Shown here in pieces: positions 21,105 to 30,404 of a stretch of 64,000 nucleotides of DNA. The DNA comes from Spirochaetia bacterium (lineage in GTDB: Bacteria; Spirochaetota; Spirochaetia; DSM-16054; Sediminispirochaetaceae): NCBI GenBank assembly GCA_034520965.1, contig JAXHMY010000009.1, positions 96,001 to 160,000 of the forward strand, given 5' to 3'. The notes beneath the pieces are model-generated. The model had not been told where the DNA came from and made no database searches. It was given only the letters and a program-made list of their open reading frames with translations. Each line of letters opens with the position of its first letter. Within the stretch, counting starts at the first letter, position 1. The position numbers and the translations under genes were made by a program.

Positions 21105-21377
21105 TTAATACACCTCATCATGTGAACCTATGTCCACCGGTACGATGGCGTCTTTCTCTATCGTGAAGAAAAGCGTGATGCGGTAAGATATGTTGATGGA
21201 GACCGAATACAGCTCCGAGAGATTCCCTTTTAGCTTGTGTAGACGCAGGGACGGATGGCCAGGATCGACCTCAAGGAGCTCTAGACACTTGCGATACTGC
21301 TGTTTGAGCTCAGGATGGCGCCCGAGAAACTTGCGTGCCTTCTTATTATAATCCTCGGTATACAGGATCCTATACAT
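21105..21377 (-). CDS. RelE/ParE-superfamily mRNA interferase toxin
   Basis: HPSLRLHKLKGNLSELYSVSINISYRI...DIGSHDEVY. Confidence 0.9.
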   Translation of the reverse strand: MYRILYTEDYNKKARKFLGRHPELKQQYRKCLELLEVDPGHPSLRLHKLKGNLSELYSVSINISYRITLFFTIEKDAIVPVDIGSHDEVY

Positions 21378-21630
21378 TCTCGATGCGTTGGAGGTGATCC
21401 TTTACAGACTCTTCTATGTATGCACCCTCGGCAAGGGACTTTTTGGTATTGACGAGGGCTGCCTGCAGCTCACATTCCCGCAGATGATTGTATGTTTCCA
21501 CGGGCATTACCACATACCTGGTCTTTCCGTGCATGGTAATTACCGCCTCGTGATCACCCTCCGTTGATGCTTCTATAATCTTTACCCCATGCTTCTTTAG
21601 CTCGTTGGCTGGAATCGTATAGCTCATCAC
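21370..21630 (-). CDS. Phd/YefM family antitoxin
   Basis: IPANELKKHG...AVITMHGKTRYVVM; overlaps the toxin start. Confidence 0.85.
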   Translation of the reverse strand: MMSYTIPANELKKHGVKIIEASTEGDHEAVITMHGKTRYVVMPVETYNHLRECELQAALVNTKKSLAEGAYIEESVKDHLQRIENV

Positions 21631-21792
21631 ATCACCTCCATATGATGATACATAATACTAATGATAATACTAAAAAGCAATTTAAAATAGTACATATTTT
21701 AGTATTTTAAATAGTACCTTTTTGGGCTGTGCCCGGCAGGATAGATTGGCTCACACACCCTATATTTTTGAATTGAAAGGAGGAAGTAGACG

Positions 21793-22446
21793 AAAAAAAG
21801 ATTTCTTTGACCTCTATCTTCTTCACCAGACTGGAATTTCCATCTCCACCAGCCTTGACCATTTCTCCATGAAATATAACGGGGACAGGTTTCTTGCTCT
21901 CCGGAGCCTTCTATGGTTCGAGGATACGGATTCCGAACCGGATCCGATACTCCTTAACAACTGGTCCTGGGAATATGTAAAAAAAGAGATTGCTGAACTT
22001 GTTGAAAAAATTATCAGCTGATACAGCATTTCGCGCCAGGGACCTGGAGGGCGCCGAAGGCGGTCCGGCGGAGGGGCGAAGGCCCGGAGCCGGACGGAAG
22101 GCGGCAGGGGCGCGCACGAAGCAGCGCCCCGACAAGCCGCCGAACCCCGGAGGAGGCCCGGCCCCCTGCCGGCAGGCAGGGGGAGGCGCCCGGAAAAACC
22201 AGAGTTCTGGGAAGATCATGATTCCGCTGACTTTTTGAAATGGGATGAGGCACAAATTGCCCGCTTTCCAGAACTAAAGCCGACGACAAAATCCATTTCC
22301 ATCCGATTACCTCAAGACTTGATTGATGATCTAAAGATTCTGGCACACAGACGCGACATTCCTTACCAATCACTTCTCAAAGTCCTCTTAGCCGAGAAAT
22401 ATCAGGATGAATTTGGAAAGAAGCGGGGTGGCTGACTCGCGCGTGA
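21793..22446 (+). repeat. 654-bp direct repeat, copy 2
   Basis: Matches 19232-19885. Confidence 0.95.
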
Positions 22447-22693
22447 ACCTCCGTCTTACCCAGGGGGTAGAATTCCACTATGGCCATCTGCAGCTCCTTT
22501 CTTTCTTAGTTCCTGCCGTTGGTATCCAACGACTATGGTTAGAAGATACAGATGAAAGTCGGGCAACTCCATAAACGGGAAATGAAAAAAAATAACAGAT
22601 TGTTATACAACAAAGTAAAATAAAGTTTCTATTATTATACTTTTGAATTGTAAAGTAAAATATGATGTTATATGCTATACGCTAAGAGAAAAA

Positions 22694-23229
22694 ATGGATA
22701 TAAATGATTTTGTAGCCGGAACCTATAAAAGCGGCTATCGATATAAATATTTTTTACCGGAAAAAATCAACCATTCCTTTGTCTGCTCCAACCCGGAGAT
22801 CAACAATAGTCTGGAAAGAGGCGCATTGAAGATAGGTGAACTCAACTCCTTCTCTAAACTTGACCCTGATACCGAAATGTTTATTGTCATGCACATTTTT
22901 AAAGAAGCGGTAGTTTCAAGTAGAATAGAACTGAGACAGCCGAAAACGCGGTTGCCACGCTTCACGAAATCATCGATCTGAAAGCTGATATAGAAAAAAA
23001 CAGAATTATGGGAATGGGAAGACGGTCTCCAACAGCCATGCTGCTCTTGACACGCCTATTTAAAAAACCGGTCATAAACGTGAAGGATGTGCAGTTCCTT
23101 ACGAGTCTCTCCCCAAAAGCAGCCAACGATCTTGTACAGATTTTCCTCGAACACAACATACTCAAGGAGATTACCGGCAACCGGCGAAACAGGGTTTTTG
23201 CTTTTGAGGAATATATCAAGCTGTTTTAG
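22694..23229 (+). pseudogene. Fic family protein with the catalytic core deleted
   Basis: N-terminal ...KEAVVSSRIE joined near 22930 to C-terminal ...LKEITGNRRNRVFAFEEYIKLF; no HPFxxGNGR. Confidence 0.8.
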
Positions 23230-23544
23230 AAGGCGCAGGCTATTAATCCTCTCCCTGACCTCTTCCAATTTGATTTCGGCATGGCGCCGCATATCGTCGC
23301 AGGCATCCGCAGCTGTGTGGTCTACCCGTAGAGCCAGGAGCTCCCGGATCTCTTTGAGGGAAAAACCGAGGCGCTTGGCGTGGGTGATAAAATCTAGAAG
23401 CTGTAACGTTTCGGGAGGAAATTGCCGATAACCGGCATCACTCCGTTCGGGTTCGGGTACGAGTCCTTCCCGCTCGTAGTAGCGGATCGTCTCAATCCCG
23501 ACGTGAGCGCGTCGGGCTACTTCGCCAATTGTCATTACTGTCAT
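23230..23544 (-). pseudogene. MerR family metal-responsive regulator, C-terminally truncated
   Basis: TIGEVARRAHVGIETIRYYEREGL...AKRLGFSLKEIRELL...C; homology ends at the fic stop, distal Cys ligands absent. Confidence 0.8.
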
Positions 23545-23560
23545 GCTCGTACCTCCAGTA

Positions 23561-23672
23561 CTACAACATATAGGTAATATCAGAGGTAGCGGCAGGATGT
23601 ACGTAGATGCCCGTCTTCAGCTCGAGCATGGTAATCTCGTTCCGAATGGCTGTGGCGAACTGGTTAATCATG
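23561..23672 (-). pseudogene. 3' remnant of a second copy of the disulfide reductase
   Basis: Encodes MINQFATAIRNEITMLELKTGIYVHPAATSDITYML*, nearly identical to the C-terminus of 25138-26496. Confidence 0.85.
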
Positions 23673-23795
23673 TGGCTTCGCATGACATGTTACCTCAATT
23701 TTGGCTATTCTACTATATAAGCATATATGAAGAAAAGGACGTTAGCAGCGTAGAGTGTGACCAGTTGAATGCGGCTGCAAGCGCTAAACGCCCGC

Positions 23796-25016
23796 TTACC
23801 TGACCGAGCGTTCTTCAAGCATTGCTCGAAGCCTCCGGTGCTGAACCTCAAGTATTGGCCCAGCGTCGAGTTCGGTCATGGAGGTATAGTGTTCCCGGTA
23901 GAGGGACAATAGTTCAGTGTCGTCGGGGTCTATATTCCAAAAGGCCATATAGTCACTCAGGTTGCGGAGTTCTGGATACGTGAAAAAGTCAATACCCGGA
24001 GGGCCAACCATAAAGAAGAGCGGAATAAGTCCCCACCCCCACAAAGTCCGGCGTTCTCCCAGGTGCATTCGTGCGGTGTAGAGGGGGTCGTCATGCTCAA
24101 GGAGCTCAAGCGTGGGGTGTATTTCCACCGCGCCGTCGCGCGGCCCAGGTACCAGGTCACGACCCGAGGTGAGCGGAACCTTGTCGGTCAGGCCCAGAAT
24201 AAACTCCACCTGAGAGGGGTCACCCGCAGCCGGTGCCGACCGCTGCCGTCCATTTGGACTAATCAAATGCGGTTCGTTGGAAAACGCAGCAAAGCCAACC
24301 TGAACCCCATCATCTCCTGGCCACGACGGTATATCTTCAGGCCAGAACACACGTCCATTGTGATGCTGGCTCAGCATAACTGCAACCGGTTCATTGTTTT
24401 TCGCATCGAGTACCACGTAGATGGACCCGTGTATATCGAGCTGATGCCAGTCCACCGGGTCGCCAACAAGCCGGGCGGCTGTGCGCTTCCAGTCCGACAT
24501 GTGCGCCGGAAGGCCACTGCCCGGAAACACGAAACTGTACTTGAGAAACAGCAACTCTCGTTCACTACCCGGTACAATGTCCTTATAGATTCGCCCGTAC
24601 GCAGTCGGTGTCAGACTCATAGCTTCCGGAGCGGGAGGCAGCATCGCGGCTGCATCACCAAGAAAACGGAGATAGTAAGATTCGTTTTCCTGTATCCGGC
24701 GGAGTACCTCCCGCGTTACGTCGGTAGCAATGAGTTCTCCCGACTCGTTATAGGCGTGCGTGTTCGGCAGATATTCGGTGTAGAAATCCATGGGCCGGTA
24801 GCTATCCGGGGACAGAAAGACTCGAGGCAGGTGCTTTTCGAGCAACTTTCGGGTTGCCGGATCATCCTGCGGCAGATACTCCATCCGCGACGGATACCGA
24901 GCAAAGGCAGTCTGGAAGCTCTCGCCGCCGGATCGGGACAGCAGCACCAAGGCAACTGCGACTGTCACCACTACAACGATTCCTGCCCACTGTGCCACTT
25001 TCTTACTCACACTCAT
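23796..25016 (-). CDS. Hypothetical membrane-anchored exported protein (406 aa)
   Basis: Intact ORF, GGAGG RBS, N-terminal TM helix; no family recognised. Confidence 0.75.
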   Translation of the reverse strand: MSVSKKVAQWAGIVVVVTVAVALVLLSRSGGESFQTAFARYPSRMEYLPQDDPATRKLLEKHLPRVFLSPDSYRPMDFYTEYLPNTHAYNESGELIATDVTREVLRRIQENESYYLRFLGDAAAMLPPAPEAMSLTPTAYGRIYKDIVPGSERELLFLKYSFVFPGSGLPAHMSDWKRTAARLVGDPVDWHQLDIHGSIYVVLDAKNNEPVAVMLSQHHNGRVFWPEDIPSWPGDDGVQVGFAAFSNEPHLISPNGRQRSAPAAGDPSQVEFILGLTDKVPLTSGRDLVPGPRDGAVEIHPTLELLEHDDPLYTARMHLGERRTLWGWGLIPLFFMVGPPGIDFFTYPELRNLSDYMAFWNIDPDDTELLSLYREHYTSMTELDAGPILEVQHRRLRAMLEERSVR

Positions 25017-25137
25017 CCTCCCTGCTACATTACACTCTTCACACTGGTCCGTGGAGGCCCGGCTTTGGCAGTTGCCGACGTGAGCGCGTCGGGCTACTCT
25101 CCGTTCGTGAGGCTGCCCATGTCACCATCCCCAACTG

Positions 25138-26496
25138 CTAGAGCATGTATGCGATGTCCGAGGTCGCCGCCGGATGAACATAGATACCCGTCTTCAGCTC
25201 GAGCACGGTAATCTCGTTCCGAATGGCCGTGGCGAACATGTTGATCATCTCCCCGGCGTGACCGCCGAGCAGGTGTGCCCCAAGGATTCTTCCGCTCTTT
25301 TTATCGACGATTACCTTGTATGCACCGTGGGACTCGTTTGTTCGTCGGAGAGTATACCAGTCGCTCATGTCTCCGGCTTGAACTTTCAGGTCGTAACCGG
25401 CCGCCCGTGCTTCCTCTTCCAGCATTCCTGCCCGCGCCAAAGAGGGAACGGTAAAGGCTACGCTGGGGGTCCCCTGGTAGTTGGGCCGCTTGCGATTGCC
25501 CTTCAAAATATTGCCCACAGCGACCATCCCCTCATGCACGGCGACGGGAGTGAGCTTCGCCCCCGCAGTATCCGCTGCGTCGCCGGCGGCATAGACGGCA
25601 GGATTTGAAACGCTCTGCAGAAACTCGTTTACGGTGACCCCTCGTTTCGCATCGAATGACACATTGCCCGTGTCCAGGTCGAGATCGTCGAGCTCGGGCA
25701 CACGCCCGGCTCCATGAACTACCATATCGGCTTCGATTGTTCTTCGCTCAGAGGTGGATACCGTATACCGGCCATCGCCATGATCGTTTTCTGTGACCTC
25801 CGCAACCTCCGTGTGTAATCTGATATCGATTCCTATTTCCCGGGATATGTTCGTGAGCTGCCCCGCCAGGTCCGGATCGAATCCCCTGAGAATTTGGTCG
25901 CCCCGTTGGAGGACGGTCACCGTCGCTCCGGCCCGGGCAGCAATGTGGGCAAACTCCATGGAGACAAAGCCTCCTCCGACAAAGACAATCCGTTTGGGAA
26001 GCTCGGGTAACTCGAGAAAATCGGTACTGGTGACCAGATGCCCGGCCCCCGGGAAGCTGAGCGTGCGGGGTCGTTGCCCTACGGCTATAACGATGGATTC
26101 CGCACGTAACTCACGGTCACCTACGGCGAGCGTGGTGCCTCCGGTAAACCGGGCGCTGCCGTGTACCGTTTCTACTCCCAATTTCTCCAGTGACTGTGTG
26201 ATGGAACCGGGGGTGTCCCGGATGATCGCCTCTTTATGCTTCATAAGTGCCGGCCAGTCGATTGTGAGTTCTCCCTCCACACCCATACCGGACATTCGGC
26301 GACTCCAATCGATGAGTTCGGCCGCACCGACAAGCACCTTCTTGGGATCACAGCCCCGAAGCGCGCATGTACCACCGTACGGCCTGGAGTCTACCACGGC
26401 AACCTTTTTGCCCGCTCGAGCGGCTTTGTGTGCAGCCGACACGCCCGCCATGCCGACTCCGATAACAACAACGTCGTAGTTACTATTCAATTCCAT
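25138..26496 (-). CDS. Class I pyridine nucleotide-disulfide oxidoreductase (glutathione reductase-like)
   Basis: GVGMAG, GGTCALRGCDPKK, GGGFVSMEF, YAAGD, LTPVA; start MELNSNY after TAAGGAG. Confidence 0.9.
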   Translation of the reverse strand: MELNSNYDVVVIGVGMAGVSAAHKAARAGKKVAVVDSRPYGGTCALRGCDPKKVLVGAAELIDWSRRMSGMGVEGELTIDWPALMKHKEAIIRDTPGSITQSLEKLGVETVHGSARFTGGTTLAVGDRELRAESIVIAVGQRPRTLSFPGAGHLVTSTDFLELPELPKRIVFVGGGFVSMEFAHIAARAGATVTVLQRGDQILRGFDPDLAGQLTNISREIGIDIRLHTEVAEVTENDHGDGRYTVSTSERRTIEADMVVHGAGRVPELDDLDLDTGNVSFDAKRGVTVNEFLQSVSNPAVYAAGDAADTAGAKLTPVAVHEGMVAVGNILKGNRKRPNYQGTPSVAFTVPSLARAGMLEEEARAAGYDLKVQAGDMSDWYTLRRTNESHGAYKVIVDKKSGRILGAHLLGGHAGEMINMFATAIRNEITVLELKTGIYVHPAATSDIAYML

Positions 26497-26643
26497 ACCG
26501 AAACTCCTTATTCCGTAATTTTTTGATGACCTGGACTGGGAACTCACGTGGAGCGTTGCAAACCGGCATGCTTCAGCTTCGGCTGTCCGATTTCCGATCG
26601 GTTTCTGCTTTTGTCTCAGCTATCTGTCTTCGAGCATAGTAAT

Positions 26644-26675
26644 AATATAAACCTTGTACCCTACTACAAGGTCAA
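26644..26675 (-). promoter_or_regulatory. MerR-type promoter TTGACC-N20-TATATT with operator ACCTTGTA-N6-TACAAGGT
   Basis: Perfect 8-bp inverted repeat (26651-26672) in an elongated spacer, the hallmark of MerR-family promoters. Confidence 0.85.
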
Positions 26676-26776
26676 GTAAAAATTGAAGGTTTTTGAAACG
26701 CAGAGCAGTTTTTTTGTATTTTACTATTGACTCATAATCTATAGTGACTTATATTCATTAGTAGAAGGAGGCTCTG

Positions 26777-27187
26777 ATGAAAGGTAATAAAACCGAATCC
26801 GACTGCCACTCGGGCACTCGCGGCGAAGAGGCCCGAGTACACGGGCTTATCCAGGCCATGCTGCTGCTCAGTGTAGGAGAGAGCCCGAGCCACGGCTACG
26901 AGTTGTTCAAAAGACTTTCGGAGGAGCTTCCCGAGGGGCTTGTGCCCGACGTGGCGGTTCTCTACCGGATTTTACGAAAGTTTGAAAAAGAAGGCTTTGT
27001 GGCTTCGCGAATTACCCCCGGTGAGGGCGGGCCGGCGCGCAAGGTATACTCCCTCACCCCGAACGGTAAGGATTATCTGGCCCAGTGGTATGAAACCGTT
27101 CACACGCGGGTAAGGGCCCTTGAGCATTTTGTGCAGAAATACGAACAGCTCAGCGGACGGCTGCACACAGAGGAGGAGGAAAAATGA
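26777..27187 (+). CDS. PadR family regulator
   Basis: PSHGYEL, LYRILRKFEKEGFV, GPARKVYSLTPNG; promoter TTGACT-N17-TATATT at 26728. Confidence 0.9.
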   Translation: MKGNKTESDCHSGTRGEEARVHGLIQAMLLLSVGESPSHGYELFKRLSEELPEGLVPDVAVLYRILRKFEKEGFVASRITPGEGGPARKVYSLTPNGKDYLAQWYETVHTRVRALEHFVQKYEQLSGRLHTEEEEK

Positions 27188-27666
27188 ACGCTGCTACTAT
27201 CACGGTAAATGTAATTGCCCTGGCGGCACTGCTGTGGGCGCTTAGCAAGGATCGCAGCAAGACGAAACAGGCCCTTCGCGTGGCGGTCCGCTCTTTCCTA
27301 GGGATGTTGCCGATGGTCCTCACCATTATCATTCTCATCGGAGTACTGCTTGGTTTCGTTACGCCACAGATTATTCAGAATCTGCTTGGCGAGGAGAGCG
27401 GATTTTTCGGAATACTTACCGCGGCTCTCATCGGCGCGGTAATGCACATTCCCTCGCTTATCGCCTTTCCTCTGGCCGCGTCGCTGTTGGAAGGGGGAGC
27501 GGCGGTGGGAACGGTCGCCGGCTTCATTGCCAGCCTCACCATGATCGGGGTGCTTACCTTCCCGGTGGAGGTTCGTGAATTGGGAGTCAAAATGACGATT
27601 ATGCGCAACGGCTTCGGCTTTCTCTTCGCCATTGCCATAGCACTAGTCATGGGGGTTTTACTATGA
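27184..27666 (+). CDS. Small permease (half-size DUF318-like)
   Basis: Hydrophobic; IPSLIAFPLAASLL..GA. Confidence 0.75.
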   Translation: MNAATITVNVIALAALLWALSKDRSKTKQALRVAVRSFLGMLPMVLTIIILIGVLLGFVTPQIIQNLLGEESGFFGILTAALIGAVMHIPSLIAFPLAASLLEGGAAVGTVAGFIASLTMIGVLTFPVEVRELGVKMTIMRNGFGFLFAIAIALVMGVLL

Positions 27667-28219
27667 ACGAGAAGAATAGAAAAACGATTCGGAATGCAGA
27701 GCCAGTGCAGAAAAGTAGTACTGAAGGATTGGAGTAGGAACTGCAGTGATCGCCGGTATCCTCATCTATCTGTTTCCGGATAACAGGGCTCGGGCAGTAG
27801 ACACTTCGCTGCGCTTTTTCTACGAGATGATATCGATCCTCCCGGCAATAGTCGTTCTCATCGGTCTGTTCGCCGTCTTTGTTCCCAAGCAGATGGTGGC
27901 AAACTATCTGGGACACGCCTCCGGAGTCAAAGGATTTCTCCTGGCAATATTCCTGGGCGCCCTTCCCACGGGCCCACTTTACGTGGCCTTTCCCCTGGCT
28001 GCCGCTATGCTGAAGAAAGGGGCCCGGGTGGCCAACATGATAGTATTTCTCACCGCCTGGGCCTGCATAAAGCTGCCCCAGGAGATGGTGGAGCTGCAGT
28101 TCATGGGGCTTAAGTTTACCCTGCTCCGTTTCAGCCTCACGGCGGCTGCCGCCGTACTGATGGGACTGCTTACCGAGAGATTGATGAAGACTGCCGAAAA
28201 TACACAAGAATCGGCGTAA
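27663..28219 (+). CDS. Second small permease, N-terminus frameshifted
   Basis: PTGPLYVAFPLAAAMLKKGA, AWACIKLPQEMVELQFMG; the ATG at 27663 is out of frame with the body. Confidence 0.7.
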
Positions 28220-28635
28220 TGTCTAAAAAAGAGAGGTATGAAAAAATGAAAATTGTCGACCTACATTCCATTACCGCTTATCCATTGGAAGAAAAGGATA
28301 AGAACGTGTTTTTTGAAACCCGAGAGTTCAAGACGCGTATCACCGAGCTCGGGGAGGGTGGAAAAATTCCCCAATGTGATATGACTTCCCATGTGATCTT
28401 TGTCGTCATAAAAGGCGAAGCGGAGCTCACGGTCAATGAAGAGACGAAGACGATTCGAGAAGGAGAGGCAATGATTACCGAACCGGCTCGACTCTCGCTT
28501 TATTCGGAGAGGGGCGTACGGATCATGGGTATCCAGATTCACCTGCAAAACGAACGAGAAATCAGGCATGGATGTTGTAACGAATTGGTCACCGGTCTCT
28601 TGATATTCATCTCACACACTCATACAGGTCCCTGA
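28219..28635 (+). CDS. Cupin domain protein
   Basis: IPQCDMTSHVIFVVIKGEAELTV...IREGE. Confidence 0.7.
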   Translation: MSKKERYEKMKIVDLHSITAYPLEEKDKNVFFETREFKTRITELGEGGKIPQCDMTSHVIFVVIKGEAELTVNEETKTIREGEAMITEPARLSLYSERGVRIMGIQIHLQNEREIRHGCCNELVTGLLIFISHTHTGP

Positions 28636-29155
28636 AGCCTTTCCCGATGTTTTTGCTCTCATCGAGGAGGGGATTAAAGGGGCCTCCGTTGACGTAGGAA
28701 CTTATGGGACCGGATCCACCTCCCGAACCGCTCCCGTCGCCACCTCCGGCGGCTCGACCTCCGGACCCGGCAGCGGAACCTGAGTCGCTATTGTTTTGCC
28801 ACTCGATCGCTCGTTGGTCGATTTCCATCAGCTGGTCAGGGGTGAGCAGCTCTAATTCCAGGTACTGCAGAGTTTCATCCGCCCACGTCGCTTCTATCCG
28901 CCCCATGGACTCGATATCCTCCATCACTTCTCGCAGTTCCCGCTTCTGCCCTTCGCTGAGTCTCAATTCTTTATTCTCAGTAACCATTCCGTAGACATAG
29001 CCGAAGAAGCGTCCGAGATTATAGACCACGGCAGTCTCCTCCTTGGCCTTCTGAATTTCCGGGTCGGGGGTGCTCTGGGCGTGTGCCGGGAAGTTCACCG
29101 CCGTCGCTAAAAGGGCTGCGAAGATTGCCATTGGTATAAAAAGTTTCCTGTTCAT
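28607..29155 (-). CDS. Hypothetical exported protein at the end of the exporter operon
   Basis: Signal peptide (AHA/Q), LLTPDQ, Gly-rich linker, FNP motif. Confidence 0.7.
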   Translation of the reverse strand: MNRKLFIPMAIFAALLATAVNFPAHAQSTPDPEIQKAKEETAVVYNLGRFFGYVYGMVTENKELRLSEGQKRELREVMEDIESMGRIEATWADETLQYLELELLTPDQLMEIDQRAIEWQNNSDSGSAAGSGGRAAGGGDGSGSGGGSGPISSYVNGGPFNPLLDESKNIGKGFRDLYECVR

Positions 29156-29177
29156 GTTACTCCTCTCCTATGTATTT

Positions 29178-30404
29178 TTATTCGTAGCGGAGCGCATCGA
29201 TGGGGTCTAAGCGAGATGCTCGATAGGCCGGATACCCTCCGAAAAACAGGCCGATGAGAAATGCGAAACCGAAGGCTAAAAATATCGAGGCAAGCGACAA
29301 TTGGGATGCCATTCCCCCGAAGGTTGAAACTCCCCAGGAGGATGCAATTCCGAGGCCGATTCCCGCTATTCCACCGAGAAGGGATATAATGACCGCCTCG
29401 GAGATAAACTGCCGCATGATGTCGGCGGCGGTGGCACCGAGGGCCATCCGCACACCTATCTCCCGGGTCCTCTCGGTGACCGATACCAGCATGATGTTCA
29501 TAATGCCGATTCCTCCCACTATCAGGCTGATGGCGGCAATGCTCACCAGCAGAATGGTAAAGGTCTCCGTCACGTCTTGGCGGGTGGCGAGGATGTCGAG
29601 TTGATTGGCAATATAGAAGTCGGCCGAATCCATGTTGGGTAAGTTATGCAGTCTCAATATCTCCTGTTCCAGGATACGCTGCAATTCACGCATAATCTCC
29701 GTACTATTCGCCGTTATATTGATCAGTGCATACTCCCTCTCTCCCTCCACGTAGCGCTGGAAGGTCGATATGGGGATAAAGACGGAGGTATCCGAGCTGG
29801 AGCTGCCCTTCTCCTCCATGATTCCGGCGATGCGGTAATTGATTCCATTGATTCTGATCTGCCGGCCTAGGGGGTCATCACCCTCCGGAAAGAGGCTGCG
29901 GTAGATCTCGATACCGATAACGGCGACTCGCCTGCGGCCGTCGACATCGGCGGCGGTAAAAAAGTCTCCGTGTACGGGATGAAAGTTCCGTATTTCTGGA
30001 TACTCGGTAGTGGTTCCGACGAGGCTTGCCACGGCATTCACGTTCTCGTATTTTACCTGCCCCGTGGCGGACGCCTCGGGAGCTGCAGCAGTGACATATT
30101 CGGGGGAGAAGGAGCGGATGAGTTCGAGGTCCTCTTCGGTAAGGGAGGGCCGGATATTCGTCGTGTTTCTGCGTACGAGGCTTCCCCCGCGCCTTTCTCC
30201 GGAGTACACGAGCATGAGGTTGGAACCGAGGGACTCCAGGCTCTCTTCGACGGATTTTCTCGCTCCGTTTCCCAGTGCCACCAGGGCGATAACCGCGGCG
30301 ACTCCTATCATTACACCGAGGGCGGTAAGAAAGGAACGCACCTTGTTCGATGCGATGCTGCGGAGACTCATTTTGAGGCTTTCGTAGAAGGCAACTCTCT
30401 TCAT
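29178..30404 (-). CDS. MacB/FtsX-type ABC permease
   Basis: RSFLTALGVMIGV, ISLIVGGIGIMNIMLVSVTERTREIGVRMALGA, DPIDALRYE. Confidence 0.95.
   Translation of the reverse strand: MKRVAFYESLKMSLRSIASNKVRSFLTALGVMIGVAAVIALVALGNGARKSVEESLESLGSNLMLVYSGERRGGSLVRRNTTNIRPSLTEEDLELIRSFSPEYVTAAAPEASATGQVKYENVNAVASLVGTTTEYPEIRNFHPVHGDFFTAADVDGRRRVAVIGIEIYRSLFPEGDDPLGRQIRINGINYRIAGIMEEKGSSSSDTSVFIPISTFQRYVEGEREYALINITANSTEIMRELQRILEQEILRLHNLPNMDSADFYIANQLDILATRQDVTETFTILLVSIAAISLIVGGIGIMNIMLVSVTERTREIGVRMALGATAADIMRQFISEAVIISLLGGIAGIGLGIASSWGVSTFGGMASQLSLASIFLAFGFAFLIGLFFGGYPAYRASRLDPIDALRYE

Noticed and set aside
16984..23229. Integron cassette array or CRISPR array
   Set aside because: No regularly spaced repeats, no attC-like RYYYAAC..GTTRRRY sites recognised, and genes lie in mixed orientation
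23056..23229. C-terminal extension of MerR as a new domain
   Set aside because: It is read-through into the antisense strand of the fic remnant after truncation
24063..25211. Long antisense ORFs (also 12288-13025, 25793-26479, 46556-47623, 51483-52220)
   Set aside because: Shadows of stronger opposite-strand genes, with no recognisable motifs
25138..26496. Mercuric reductase MerA
   Set aside because: No HMA domain, no C-terminal Cys-Cys, active-site peptide CALRGC differs from MerA CVNVGC, and no merT/merP nearby
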